From positions 1 through 35,153 of IMG/VR virus record IMGVR_UViG_3300005764_000010: 35,153 nucleotides of DNA; one strand, 5' to 3'. Shown here piece by piece: positions 10,501-18,581 of this stretch. The notes under the pieces were generated by a model. The model was not told where the DNA came from. It saw nothing but the letters and a program-made list of their open reading frames with translations, and did no database searches. Source of the DNA: a virus (lineage: Duplodnaviria; Caudoviricetes). Each line of letters starts with the position of its first letter. The first letter of the stretch is position 1. Made by a program: the position numbers and the translations under genes.

Positions 10501-11142
10501 GCCGGCCGATTTCGCGATCGGCGCCACGTAGTTGAGCGATGAGCCCAACTCTTTCACGCCGGCCGCGGATTGCGCGGCGCCGGCCGCGAGCACATCGGCC
10601 ACTTTTCCCGAATCGCTCGATTGCAAACCGAATTGTGCAATCGTGTTGGTCGCAATCGTGGACGCCTCGGCGAGCGAGGTTTGCCCGGCCGCGGCGAGCG
10701 CCAGTACGCCCGGCATCGTACTCATAATTTGCGTGGCGTTCTGCCCCTTTGCGGCCAGCTCGCCCATCGCATCCGCGGCTTGTTGCGCCGAAAACTGCGT
10801 ATCCGCGCCCCATTTGATCGCGGCATCTTGCAGGGTCTTGAAATCCGCGCCCGTGATATCGCCGAGCGCGGATACTTTATTCATGCTCGCTTCAAACTTG
10901 CCGGCCGCATCGAGCGATGCCGCGGCCATGCCGACCAATGGCAAGGTAATGCCGGCGGTGAGCGCGCCCCCAACCGCCATGAATTGCTGCCCGACTTGCG
11001 CCAGGCCGTCCCATTTCGCCTTTTGCTGGTCGATCATCGCGGCCGAATCGTCGCCGAACTTTTGCAGTACGGCCGCGGCCTCGGCCGTCCGCGCCTCGAT
11101 TTCAACGATGAGTGTTCCGAGAGAAAAGGCGCCCGCGCTCAT
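7570..11142 (-). CDS. Tape measure protein (TP901-family core)
   Basis: 1190 aa, Ala/Gly-rich; FEASMNKV...TQFSAQQAADAM...AGTSLR core; ~11-residue Trp periodicity. Confidence 0.95.
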   Translation of the reverse strand: MSAGAFSLGTLIVEIEARTAEAAAVLQKFGDDSAAMIDQQKAKWDGLAQVGQQFMAVGGALTAGITLPLVGMAAASLDAAGKFEASMNKVSALGDITGADFKTLQDAAIKWGADTQFSAQQAADAMGELAAKGQNATQIMSTMPGVLALAAAGQTSLAEASTIATNTIAQFGLQSSDSGKVADVLAAGAAQSAAGVKELGSSLNYVAPIAKSAGLSLEETVGTLAVLSNNGIEATKAGTSLRGMIASLEAPSKKAGDTLAALGVNATDSSGKLMPLNDIMLQLKESGATTADMFNIFGREGATAASVLKDNAGPALDQMTKSMQDSEGAAQKMADQLNQGIGFGMEQLKGSVETAAIQLGQTLAPAFNAVVAGLTALVNKGTEFLSWFGGLPAPIQDAVITFGALAAAIGPIVLGLGAFMTAIGTLMPGLTSLAGFFGTSILGLGGWALAIAGVVAALVALGVWVYQNWDTIKTSLATAWDTISAAWSGVWTTIQTALETAWNSITAAATAVWDAFMGPFGATWDAVQTAWSAAWTAITGALQTVWDTAVAAWSAYWDAEVSIVSAIWDAVKTAWSAVWEAIKTAVSGTWDGIKAALSIFDGIAAYLLPFWDPIKKAFTDTWDAIAKALAAIWGGLKDTADAIFKALGKIFGDSGDDAKKAQPKIEDHAKAVAASGDQAKTAAEQHGKLAPAIENTGKKAKAAADNFKPLKAEAGLLMLQYKDLQKAHDDILQQLNKLQPALKQTADQYAAAQDPTKTLTTLTDLQTAAWEKQATITTPKILTSLGDYKTAVDLGTEAAKQLGIKSEETGAKTAAAAQAAYQAVLNNPMATEYDKQKAAVVALKAEIDAVYNSGESYEGELQTLSTQLQAAKTAMGDFSGSVTTVDTGLTTLKNNKAFDQIKTDIGGAVDEIIGKLSKGDLSLGATMKTLFTNIGEDALHLFVDPMKTAVEDFIKNTIADLLGGKGFGGIKDALEGIGTAFGKLFGKGVSTAADVAGGAADAAGGAAQAGGGAASAAGGILSAGVTSLVGMVSGVVSAVTGVIGVFQAAHQETSLNAIEHNTRYTMMYVGERADGGILGVLFKIQENTQWVQGQLDGLNLKLIDWLSPLHNDFHDMGLKASAAQTRFDEISNNTLQNGAIARDNTRLLADIRDLLAGQKPAVNIYVSGAQSPAATADAIGAALRAQGAFA

Positions 11143-11558
11143 TGCGTCATCCCTTTGTTTTTGCGCTTGTCATTGATTTTCATGCCGGCCGCGCGAAACG
11201 CGGCGAGCACCTCGCCGCCGGTGAGCGGTTCGCGCTCGGCCCGCTCGGCCGCGGCGCGCGCCCGCGCGGCCGCAATCTCGGCGCCATTCGCCATATACCG
11301 GATCGGCTCATAACGGCCGCGCTTGCTATTGACCGCTACCAGCATTGCCACGATGCGCGCGGATTGCCAATCCGCGGTTTGCGTGCGCGCATCGATCGCG
11401 GCTACCAGGTGATCGAGTTCGGCCAGGGTTAGCCGGCCGAATTCGTCAATGGTGACTCCGCATTCGACGCGGACGGTTGCCCACAATCGCCCCCACCAGG
11501 CAACGGTGCCCCGTTTGCCGGCGCCGGCGCGAGCATCGCCGCCGGCGCGATAGGGTTT
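11139..11558 (-). CDS. Tail assembly chaperone GT extension (-1 frameshift product)
   Basis: Open -1 frame between the chaperone and tape measure genes; protein-like WWGRLW...FGRLTLAEL segment; heptamer A-AAC-CCT at 11558-11552. Confidence 0.75.
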   Translation of the reverse strand, partial: KPYRAGGDARAGAGKRGTVAWWGRLWATVRVECGVTIDEFGRLTLAELDHLVAAIDARTQTADWQSARIVAMLVAVNSKRGRYEPIRYMANGAEIAAARARAAAERAEREPLTGGEVLAAFRAAGMKINDKRKNKGMTQ

Positions 11559-11929
11559 GCCGGCACGTTCGGCAAGGTTTTCTGAAACGCGCTCATGATC
11601 GCCGGCAACAGCTCGCCCCAATCGGTAAGCCCGAACATGCGCGCCACCTGGTCCCGCGTAATGGTCGGTTGCACATCGACCAGGCCCGCCCAAACGATAT
11701 CCCGCACTTTCGCCCAAATGCCCGGCGCCGGCCGCGGCACGCCGTCCGCGCTTTGCCCGCCCAATTGCGTGAGCTGTTCGCCCAACGTCCGCAAGTCAAA
11801 CAGCAAATCGCCGTTGCATACCTCGGCGTACCGGATAAACGCGTACGCGCGGTACCGCAAGACCAGATCGGCCCCGTCCAGCTTGACTGTGACCGCGGCC
11901 GATACGATGTTTTCCCGTTCTTCACTCAC
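11429..11929 (-). CDS. Tail assembly chaperone (gpG-like)
   Basis: Between tail tube and tape measure genes; GTG 11929 preceded by GGGGG. Confidence 0.75.
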   Translation of the reverse strand: MSEERENIVSAAVTVKLDGADLVLRYRAYAFIRYAEVCNGDLLFDLRTLGEQLTQLGGQSADGVPRPAPGIWAKVRDIVWAGLVDVQPTITRDQVARMFGLTDWGELLPAIMSAFQKTLPNVPANPIAPAAMLAPAPANGAPLPGGGDCGQPSASNAESPLTNSAG

Positions 11930-11953
11930 AATGCGCCCCCAATCAAAAGACAA

Positions 11954-11993
11954 TGCGGCCGCGAGCGCGCCCGGCGCGAGCGCGGCCGCGCGG
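11954..11993 (-). terminator. GC-rich hairpin after the tail tube gene (attenuator or mRNA stabiliser)
   Basis: GCGGCCGCG...CGCGGCCGC stem followed by ATTGTCTTTT. Confidence 0.5.
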
Positions 11994-11999
11994 TTCTTT

Positions 12000-12491
12000 T
12001 TACGCGGCCTTTTGCAACGGCGGTTCCGCTATGGTCGGAGTCGGCAAGGCATCGACTAAATCGATATCGCCGGTAACGCGGAATGTGGGTTGCACGGTTT
12101 GCGGATCATCCGGATTGAGAGCACCGAAACTCCAATCGCGGATGAACGCCTGAAACGTCATAAACTCGGTACCACCCGTGCCCGAGCTGTTCATCTTGAC
12201 CGCGCAATCGCGCACCTCGCCCGATTGGAACAGGCCCCACAGGCCATCGGCCGAGTCGTCATGGGTTGCAAGCGCCGGATCGTACATCACGGTCAATTGA
12301 CACTCGCCAGGATCCTTGAAGCCCTGAATATACTGGCGCGTCGCGCCCGCATCGAGCGTGGTCACTTCCACCTCATCGGCTTTGATATCGATGTTGCCGA
12401 CTTCCTTCACTTGCCCGATCGGAACGTATGCCGGCGTCGCACCGCTCGAAACGATATAAAACGCCGCACCTTTCCCCGTAAATTTGCTCAC
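12000..12491 (-). CDS. Major tail (tube) protein
   Basis: IGQVKEV...EVEVTTLD...YIQGFKDPGE motif typical of siphovirus tube proteins; RBS AAAGGAG. Confidence 0.9.
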   Translation of the reverse strand: MSKFTGKGAAFYIVSSGATPAYVPIGQVKEVGNIDIKADEVEVTTLDAGATRQYIQGFKDPGECQLTVMYDPALATHDDSADGLWGLFQSGEVRDCAVKMNSSGTGGTEFMTFQAFIRDWSFGALNPDDPQTVQPTFRVTGDIDLVDALPTPTIAEPPLQKAA

Positions 12492-12540
12492 GATTATTCT
12501 CCTTTGTTTTAAACAGTTTAATGCGATATGATTAAACTGT

Positions 12541-13377
12541 ATGGGTAATCACAGCAATCATCCGACCGCACCTATTGAAAAGCGATTTTGGTCGAAAGTC
12601 GCAAAAACTAAACGAAACGAATGTTGGTGGTGGAAGGCTTCCATTGATGTCAACGGATACGGCCAATTCGGCATGTCGAAATTTAATAGCGTCGGCAATA
12701 AGGTCTGGACCATGGCGAAGGCGCACCGCGTCGCGTGGATTCTCACGCATGGCGAAATCCCGCCTGGCATGTTCCTATGCCATTCCTGCGATATGCCACG
12801 ATGCGTCAATCCATCGCACCTGTTCCTAGGCACCCAAACAGACAACATGCAGGATTGCGTTTCCAAAGGCCGGCACGGCTTCGGCCGAGTCGGACAGCCG
12901 ATTTATTACAACATCACGCGCGTTCGCAAAATCATCGCGGCGTACAAAGCCGGCGTACGGATTAAAAAGATCAGCCAGCTTCATGAAATCAGCCCGACAT
13001 ATTTGACCCGCGTTTTGAAGCGCCACAAGATTCCCTTGCAGGAAAAGCGAATGTCCAAACTGACCGCCATTGAAATTCAACAAATCCGCGATCTATACGC
13101 ATCCGGCACGATCAGTCAACGAAAACTCGGCGAGCGTTTCGGTGTTACCGGATCAAACATCAGTTGCATCATTCGCGGCCACAGTTGGCCCGAATTGCCC
13201 GTCAATCCGAACGTTACTATTCACCAGAAGCGCCGCCACCGCAAATTGACTATCGCGGATGTTCGCGAAATCCATCGCTTGTGGGAATCCGGCATCACCC
13301 AAACGGAAATCGGCGTCCGATTCGGAGTTCATAATTCGACGGTCAATCATGCGATTCACAAACGGAAAACGGACTAA
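12541..13377 (+). CDS. Free-standing HNH homing endonuclease with C-terminal HTH repeats, antisense to the tail operon
   Basis: ECWWW...GYGQF...AHRVAW...CHSCDMPRCVNPSHLFLGTQTDNMQD; SQRKLGERFGV and TQTEIGVRFGV HTHs; lower GC. Confidence 0.92.
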   Translation: MGNHSNHPTAPIEKRFWSKVAKTKRNECWWWKASIDVNGYGQFGMSKFNSVGNKVWTMAKAHRVAWILTHGEIPPGMFLCHSCDMPRCVNPSHLFLGTQTDNMQDCVSKGRHGFGRVGQPIYYNITRVRKIIAAYKAGVRIKKISQLHEISPTYLTRVLKRHKIPLQEKRMSKLTAIEIQQIRDLYASGTISQRKLGERFGVTGSNISCIIRGHSWPELPVNPNVTIHQKRRHRKLTIADVREIHRLWESGITQTEIGVRFGVHNSTVNHAIHKRKTD

Positions 13378-13790
13378 CTCTCGAACGTCATCACGCGGAA
13401 GCGTACAATCCCGTGCCGGGTACGGCCGTCGATTTCACGCAAGGTTTGTGCCTGGAAAAACCGCATCGCTACCATTACCCAATCGATACCCGGAAACGGC
13501 AGCTTTTGATCGTGCAATGTCCGTACCACCGTGTCCATGAGTGTTTGGCATTCGTTCATGCCGAGCGCGCGGCTCCAAATGTGTATCGCCAGCTCAAAAT
13601 CGGCGCCATGGTTGGCGAGCGTATCGGCCGGCTCGCCGATGAATTCGCCGATCGTGCAATAGGGAAACGCCTGATTCGCTCCCGCCTGATCCACCACTTG
13701 CACCGAACCGAGCGCCGGTTGGAGTGCATGAAAAATCGCTTTTTGCACGTCCGCCATGGGCAACGCGATTACAGGTTTTGCCATTTCCAC
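13374..13790 (-). CDS. Tail terminator / completion protein (DUF3168-like)
   Basis: VQKAIF..L...FPYCTIGE...IHIWSR...RHGIVRFR pattern; position before the tail tube gene. Confidence 0.85.
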   Translation of the reverse strand: MEMAKPVIALPMADVQKAIFHALQPALGSVQVVDQAGANQAFPYCTIGEFIGEPADTLANHGADFELAIHIWSRALGMNECQTLMDTVVRTLHDQKLPFPGIDWVMVAMRFFQAQTLREIDGRTRHGIVRFRVMTFES

Positions 13791-13975
13791 CCCAATAGCA
13801 CGCGGGTCCAGAATCGATACCAGGCCCCCGGCCGCGGCCGCGGCATTTCGAGCAGCCGGCCGTTGATCCAGAGCACCGAGCGCGGCGCCGCCTCGATCGG
13901 CCCGGCCTCGGGCGCGATCGGCGCCGCGGCCGGCTCCGGATCGTCCAACGTGCGGAAAGGGTCTTTCCGTTTCAT
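13769..13975 (-). CDS. Hypothetical protein, 68 aa
   Basis: ATGA coupling with the upstream gene. Confidence 0.65.
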   Translation of the reverse strand: MKRKDPFRTLDDPEPAAAPIAPEAGPIEAAPRSVLWINGRLLEMPRPRPGAWYRFWTRVLLGWKWQNL

Positions 13976-14457
13976 GCCGCCGGCAATACCTTTTTGAGAC
14001 CGTTGTAAATCGCCACTTTCACGCGGTGCAAGTGATTACCCGATTCCGCGGCCACGGCCGGCCGGAAGTACGGCCGCTCGGGCGTACCGCGTTCACTGAT
14101 GCGCCTGGCGATCGGAAACGCGGCCGATTCCGGTATACCCTTGCGGCCGCACCACGCGCGGATTTTATCCAGCGGCGGAAAATGCGGCGCCGTCCCGAAT
14201 TCGATGTAAGGCGCATGTTTTGCGGTAAAGACCGCCGCCGCCGCGTTACCTTTGCCGTACCGCACATCGGCCGAATCGTACAGCTCGGCCGTGTCGTATG
14301 CGTCGATTTGCAAGAGATTCGCGAGCGCAAGCGTAATGATCGCCTCGGCCGTTTCGACGTTTGCCTCTTGCGCCGAATCCTCGAACGAATCCGCCGCCGC
14401 GCGCGAGTTGCGCTTGATATCGATGCCGCCCGAGACGCGCGCCCGCAATAAACCCAT
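13972..14457 (-). CDS. HK97 gp10-like tail component
   Basis: DTAELYDS...HAPYIEFGT..HFPP...PYFRPA motifs; ATG 14457 coupled to the upstream TAA. Confidence 0.85.
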   Translation of the reverse strand: MGLLRARVSGGIDIKRNSRAAADSFEDSAQEANVETAEAIITLALANLLQIDAYDTAELYDSADVRYGKGNAAAAVFTAKHAPYIEFGTAPHFPPLDKIRAWCGRKGIPESAAFPIARRISERGTPERPYFRPAVAAESGNHLHRVKVAIYNGLKKVLPAA

Positions 14458-14696
14458 TACGGCCGGCCTTGCTCCTGCGCCCGCGCCGCCGCCCGCGCCT
14501 GTTCGGCGAGCAGATCGAGGCAACGGCCGCAATAGAGTTGCGGCCCCGGCGGAACCGCAATCCAGATTTCATGCCCGCAATTGAGCCGGACGATATAGCC
14601 CAAATCATCCGGCTTCGATCGCAGAACTTTTCGCATCCGCGCAAGCGATTCATCGACCGCGGGCGCCGCCGCGGCCGGCTTGCCGTTCCAATTCAT
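14457..14696 (-). CDS. Small putative zinc-binding protein
   Basis: LNCGHE...YCGRC; coupled at both ends. Confidence 0.7.
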   Translation of the reverse strand: MNWNGKPAAAAPAVDESLARMRKVLRSKPDDLGYIVRLNCGHEIWIAVPPGPQLYCGRCLDLLAEQARAAARAQEQGRP

Positions 14697-15034
14697 AATT
14701 GCGCCCCCGCCTCGCGGCGCGTGCAGCTCAACTCTAGCCAGGCGTCGCCGGCATCATCCAGATTTTTCAGGCCCGTGATATCGAGCAGCACATCGCGCCA
14801 CATCACCCGGTAATTAATCGTTAGCCAGTCCTGATAGCGGATCGTAATGGTATGGGACACGCGCGCCGCGAGCTGCTCGCCCGAGTACACCGTCGCCGCG
14901 CCCGCGATCGTGACTTTTGCCGGCGTGTCGGCGACCAGGCCCGCCGGCACGGTTTCAACAAAACCGCCGGCGCCATCCTGCGCCAGGTCGGGCAGGAAAA
15001 CCGCGATCCACTCTTTCAGCTCGCCGGCCGTCAT
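14693..15034 (-). CDS. Head closure / head-tail adaptor (SPP1 gp16-like)
   Basis: MTAGELK...QDGAGG...HTITIRY...RV.W...LELSC pattern. Confidence 0.88.
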   Translation of the reverse strand: MTAGELKEWIAVFLPDLAQDGAGGFVETVPAGLVADTPAKVTIAGAATVYSGEQLAARVSHTITIRYQDWLTINYRVMWRDVLLDITGLKNLDDAGDAWLELSCTRREAGAQL

Positions 15035-15441
15035 GCCGACTCCCGAAATAGCGAGCCTTGCGTTTGCTCATCCATCATCGCTTCATAGGCTTCGGCCGTC
15101 ACGCGCCACACCGTTGCGTCCGGCTTGCGCCAATAGAGCCGCAATTGCCCCGATTCATCATTACGCCAGTGACTCATCCATCCGGCCTTTGCAAGCGCGA
15201 TCGTCATTGCCTTGTATTGCCCGTCGTAATCCACTGGAACCCCCCGCGCGTTGAGCGCCAGGCGCCGCCGTCCCGTCCACATCCGCGCCCATTCGAGCGG
15301 CAAACCATCGTACTTCGCCGGATCGGCCAGAATCACCGCGGCCGCTTCGGCATCGGTAGTAAACGATACCAGGCCGGCCGCGCGCGCCGATCGCCGCCGC
15401 GCCGCCACGATGAACTTGTTACGCCCGGCTGGCTTTGCCAC
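15031..15441 (-). CDS. Hypothetical protein, 136 aa
   Basis: ORF abuts or couples to both neighbours. Confidence 0.7.
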   Translation of the reverse strand: MAKPAGRNKFIVAARRRSARAAGLVSFTTDAEAAAVILADPAKYDGLPLEWARMWTGRRRLALNARGVPVDYDGQYKAMTIALAKAGWMSHWRNDESGQLRLYWRKPDATVWRVTAEAYEAMMDEQTQGSLFRESA

Positions 15442-15741
15442 TCAGTTATTCCGCGCCGCATCCACCCGCCGGCGCGTTTCCATGTTTTCGCGCTCGATCG
15501 TCGCGAGCGCCGGTTGCGCCTCGGCCATCGTGGTGTACCGGGTTGCCGCATCTTCGATCCGCAACTCATCCGATCCGCAAATCCCACAGTAGGCTTGCAC
15601 CATGCCGAGCCGGCTTGCGTTTTGCACCATCAGCGAATGCCGCACCTCGGGCGCGCCGTCCTGACTCAGGTACGCCACGGCTACGATCGTGTGCCGCGCC
15701 GGGCAGAGCAATTGCACGATGCGGACGCGCGGCCCCGTCAT
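15442..15741 (-). CDS. Hypothetical putative zinc-binding protein, 99 aa
   Basis: ATG 15741 (ATGA coupling); CPARH...YCGICG. Confidence 0.7.
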   Translation of the reverse strand: MTGPRVRIVQLLCPARHTIVAVAYLSQDGAPEVRHSLMVQNASRLGMVQAYCGICGSDELRIEDAATRYTTMAEAQPALATIERENMETRRRVDAARNN

Positions 15742-16313
15742 CCTGCCACCTCGATCTGGTACGGGCGCCATAGATCTTGCACCATGCGCGGAAGCGTGAT
15801 GCCGGCATCGGCCCGGTATTTGGTTTCGCGCGAGCCGTTGCGCGATTCGTAGAGCAGCGTGGCGTACTCGTAAATCCCCTCGCGAATCGCATCCGGCACC
15901 GCTTCGGGTTGATCGCCGTACCCGGCCACCCATGTAACCACTGTCCGATCGCCCGGCGCCGCGGCGAGCGTGATCGTATTCCAGCCGTCGAAATCCCACT
16001 CGGCCGGATCGAGCGCGGCCCCGGCCGGCGATTCGACCGAAGTGATGGACTGCACCCGGCCGCGCGGCAATTCGATAAGCGCCGCGGTCGGCGAATCGGA
16101 TTCGGGAATATACAAACCGGCGAGCGTTTGCGTAATCAATGCGCGCCGCATGTATTGCTCGGCGCGCATCGTTGCCGCATTCAGCTCGCGCGTAATCAGC
16201 TCCGGTTGCCGATCGACCGTAAGCCCGTTCAAGCGCGCGTGATCGGTAAATTCCTCGGGTGTTACCGGCAATACGTCCGGCGCCTCGATGAGCTGCAAAT
16301 CGAGAAATCGCAT
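15738..16313 (-). CDS. Head-tail connector (HK97 gp6 / phiE125 gp8-like)
   Basis: PVTPEEFTDHARL...AEQYMRRALITQT...AGYG....VPDAIREGI...LYE. Confidence 0.9.
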   Translation of the reverse strand: MRFLDLQLIEAPDVLPVTPEEFTDHARLNGLTVDRQPELITRELNAATMRAEQYMRRALITQTLAGLYIPESDSPTAALIELPRGRVQSITSVESPAGAALDPAEWDFDGWNTITLAAAPGDRTVVTWVAGYGDQPEAVPDAIREGIYEYATLLYESRNGSRETKYRADAGITLPRMVQDLWRPYQIEVAG

Positions 16314-16541
16314 CTACTTGTTCTCCGGTACGTCGAATTGCTTGTTGAGGCGCGTCCGCTTCGGCTTGCGCTTCGGTGGTGGATCGGGCGCCGGCTTCGG
16401 CTTCGGCTCGGGATTCTCTTTCGCCGCCAGGTATTCCCGCACCCAATCGTTGACCCCGCCGGCCGCGGCCAGCTCGCGGGCACGATCGGCGCCGAATGTC
16501 CGCGCGCATTCGCGCAATACCACATACTCGATCGGCGTCAT
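16314..16541 (-). CDS. Small Pro/Lys-rich hypothetical protein
   Basis: Abuts the connector gene; ATGA coupling upstream. Confidence 0.65.
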   Translation of the reverse strand: MTPIEYVVLRECARTFGADRARELAAAGGVNDWVREYLAAKENPEPKPKPAPDPPPKRKPKRTRLNKQFDVPENK

Positions 16542-16753
16542 ATGTCATCATCCTCGGGAAAATAGACCGAATGTTCCTCGGCCATATCCGCCTGATCGCG
16601 CAAGCTTCCATCGGCCGTGCAATAGAGATTGCCGGCCAGCGTGGCGTACGCGCGCGTCGGCCCGGCCGCGGTATCGGCCAGGTCGAAACAGATTTCACGC
16701 CCGCAATCCGGACACGTTTCGCGGCCGTTGAGGTCCGAGCACATCTGGCACAT
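16538..16753 (-). CDS. Small Cys-rich protein
   Basis: CQMC...CPDCGREIC...YC. Confidence 0.65.
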   Translation of the reverse strand: MCQMCSDLNGRETCPDCGREICFDLADTAAGPTRAYATLAGNLYCTADGSLRDQADMAEEHSVYFPEDDDI

Positions 16754-16862
16754 TAAACAAATCGAGCCAGGCGCCCCCTATCGAGCGCCTGGTGCCCGTT
16801 ATGTTTTACTCTCAAGCTCCCCCGAGCATCGAGGCATAACGGGAAATTGGCGAAGCTACAAT

Positions 16863-17234
16863 CTAGCGGCCGCGGCCGGCCCGCCGTTTCGGCTTTGCCG
16901 CCTCGGAGGCGAGCGGCTCACCTGTTTTGCGGTCGGGCGCCGCCGCGGCCGTCTCGCCGCGCGCCGTATCGTGCTGCCGATCGAACCCGCGGCGCGCCAT
17001 CTCGGTTAATGCCGGCGTTTGCCCGATGCGTTTGGCGATATCTTCCGCCAATGCGCGAGCGAACAAAAACGCGCCCCGGTCATCCGCCGCGGCCGGATGC
17101 CGCAAGGCGAGCTGCAACGCGCTCAACAAATAAAACGCCTCGGACGGGCGAAACACAAACGGCATCGCCGCGCCGTCGTTTTCAAGCGCGATCAAATCCT
17201 CTACCGCCTGGCGCATCAATTCGTCATCGGACAT
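16863..17234 (-). CDS. Hypothetical protein, 123 aa
   Basis: LSALQLALRHP motif; clean ORF after the major capsid gene. Confidence 0.7.
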   Translation of the reverse strand: MSDDELMRQAVEDLIALENDGAAMPFVFRPSEAFYLLSALQLALRHPAAADDRGAFLFARALAEDIAKRIGQTPALTEMARRGFDRQHDTARGETAAAAPDRKTGEPLASEAAKPKRRAGRGR

Positions 17235-17301
17235 GCTTACCCGCCCATTCTATGCGCGGCGCCGCCGGCCGCGATCGGCGAGCGGCGCCCGTTTGGTGTG
17301 T

Positions 17302-18570
17302 TTAGAGCCGCTTGCCCTGCCGCGGGGATTCGCCCTCGGCGCCCTCGGCCGTCAGCAGCGAGCCCGCCGGCACCACGCCTTTGAGAAGCGCGAGCGGCTG
17401 GTAAATGCAGAGCGCAAGCCGTTCCTCGATCAAAACCGTATACATGTTTTTGATGAAATCGTCTTCGTTCTGATTTGCCACTTGAACGAAAACGTCTTCA
17501 CGATCGAGGATTTGCGTATGACCGGCAAAGGCGCCGACCAGGAAGGTACCCGCGGCCATGTTCGCGGATTGCGCCACGCGCGTGCCCCATATGCGCCCGC
17601 CCACCGTATAATCGAGCGGATTCGCAAACAGGTAATTGCCTTGCGCGTTTTTGAGCAATGCCACGTGCCCCCAATCGGCCGGATTGGTTACCGTGCCATC
17701 GGCCGCAAAGCCGGCCGCGGCGAGCTGAAAGATTGCCGTGCCGATCGCGTCAACAAGATTGGAGCCCGTCGCCGCCGGCGCGGTTGCCGCCGCCGCGTTT
17801 TTCACCAGCCCGTCAAGATTGGGCGCCGTTCCGTTGCCGTTGAGCAATTGGTTATCCTCGGCGAGCTGTACGCCGTAAATGCCGTTATTTTCGAGTTGCG
17901 ACAGTACGAACGGCAAATCGTCCGCGGTCTGATCGCTGATTTTGAAGTAATGCGCGATCGTGCGGACGTTCGAGGTGATCACCGTGAACGTCTTATCCGA
18001 TTTCGGTTTCGCGGCGGCCTCGGCCACGGGCGCCGCGTTATTGGTGAATGAACTTTCGCGCACGAATTCGACGGCGCCGGCCGTGGTGCGGCCCTGCGGA
18101 ATGAGCGAGCGCACCCCGAACGGCAAGCGCGGCCCGATCGCCACGCCCGGCAGGATTTGCGGCAACAAAAGCGAAAGGCCGGTAATATCCTTGCGCTCGA
18201 ACATGCCGCCGATCGGCCCTTTCACCTGTACCGAAGCCGAGCCGCGGCCGCTCGATTTAAAAAGCGCCACGATGCCGGGATCTTCGATCACCTGTTCGCC
18301 GATCGATTTCGGCGCCTGGTGTTTCCACGGTTCGGCTTTGAGCGCGGCGTCGATCGCGTCCATGCGTTTCTGATACTCGTTTTGGATGCGATCGTGCAGC
18401 TTGACCACATCTTCGGTCAGCTTTTCGAGCCGCTCTTTGGTTTCGCTCGCCATCTTGCCGTTAGCGGCAATCTCTTTTGACGCCTGTTCGTAATTCGCCT
18501 TGTAAGCGCCCAGAGCTTTCATCAGCTCGTCTTTACTTTCCAAATCCAGCATGATGCCGGTAGCAGACAT
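17302..18570 (-). CDS. HK97-fold major capsid protein with N-terminal coiled-coil (delta) domain
   Basis: AAPVAEAAAKP.SD...VRTIAHYFKIS...AEDNQLLNGNG...NPADW...DDFIKN...EERL; RBS AAAGGAG before ATG 18570. Confidence 0.96.
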   Translation of the reverse strand: MSATGIMLDLESKDELMKALGAYKANYEQASKEIAANGKMASETKERLEKLTEDVVKLHDRIQNEYQKRMDAIDAALKAEPWKHQAPKSIGEQVIEDPGIVALFKSSGRGSASVQVKGPIGGMFERKDITGLSLLLPQILPGVAIGPRLPFGVRSLIPQGRTTAGAVEFVRESSFTNNAAPVAEAAAKPKSDKTFTVITSNVRTIAHYFKISDQTADDLPFVLSQLENNGIYGVQLAEDNQLLNGNGTAPNLDGLVKNAAAATAPAATGSNLVDAIGTAIFQLAAAGFAADGTVTNPADWGHVALLKNAQGNYLFANPLDYTVGGRIWGTRVAQSANMAAGTFLVGAFAGHTQILDREDVFVQVANQNEDDFIKNMYTVLIEERLALCIYQPLALLKGVVPAGSLLTAEGAEGESPRQGKRL

Positions 18571-18581
18571 AAAAACTCCTT

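Noticed and set aside
18519-18525. Second CUGAUGA
   Set aside because: Inside the capsid CDS and lacks hammerhead stems
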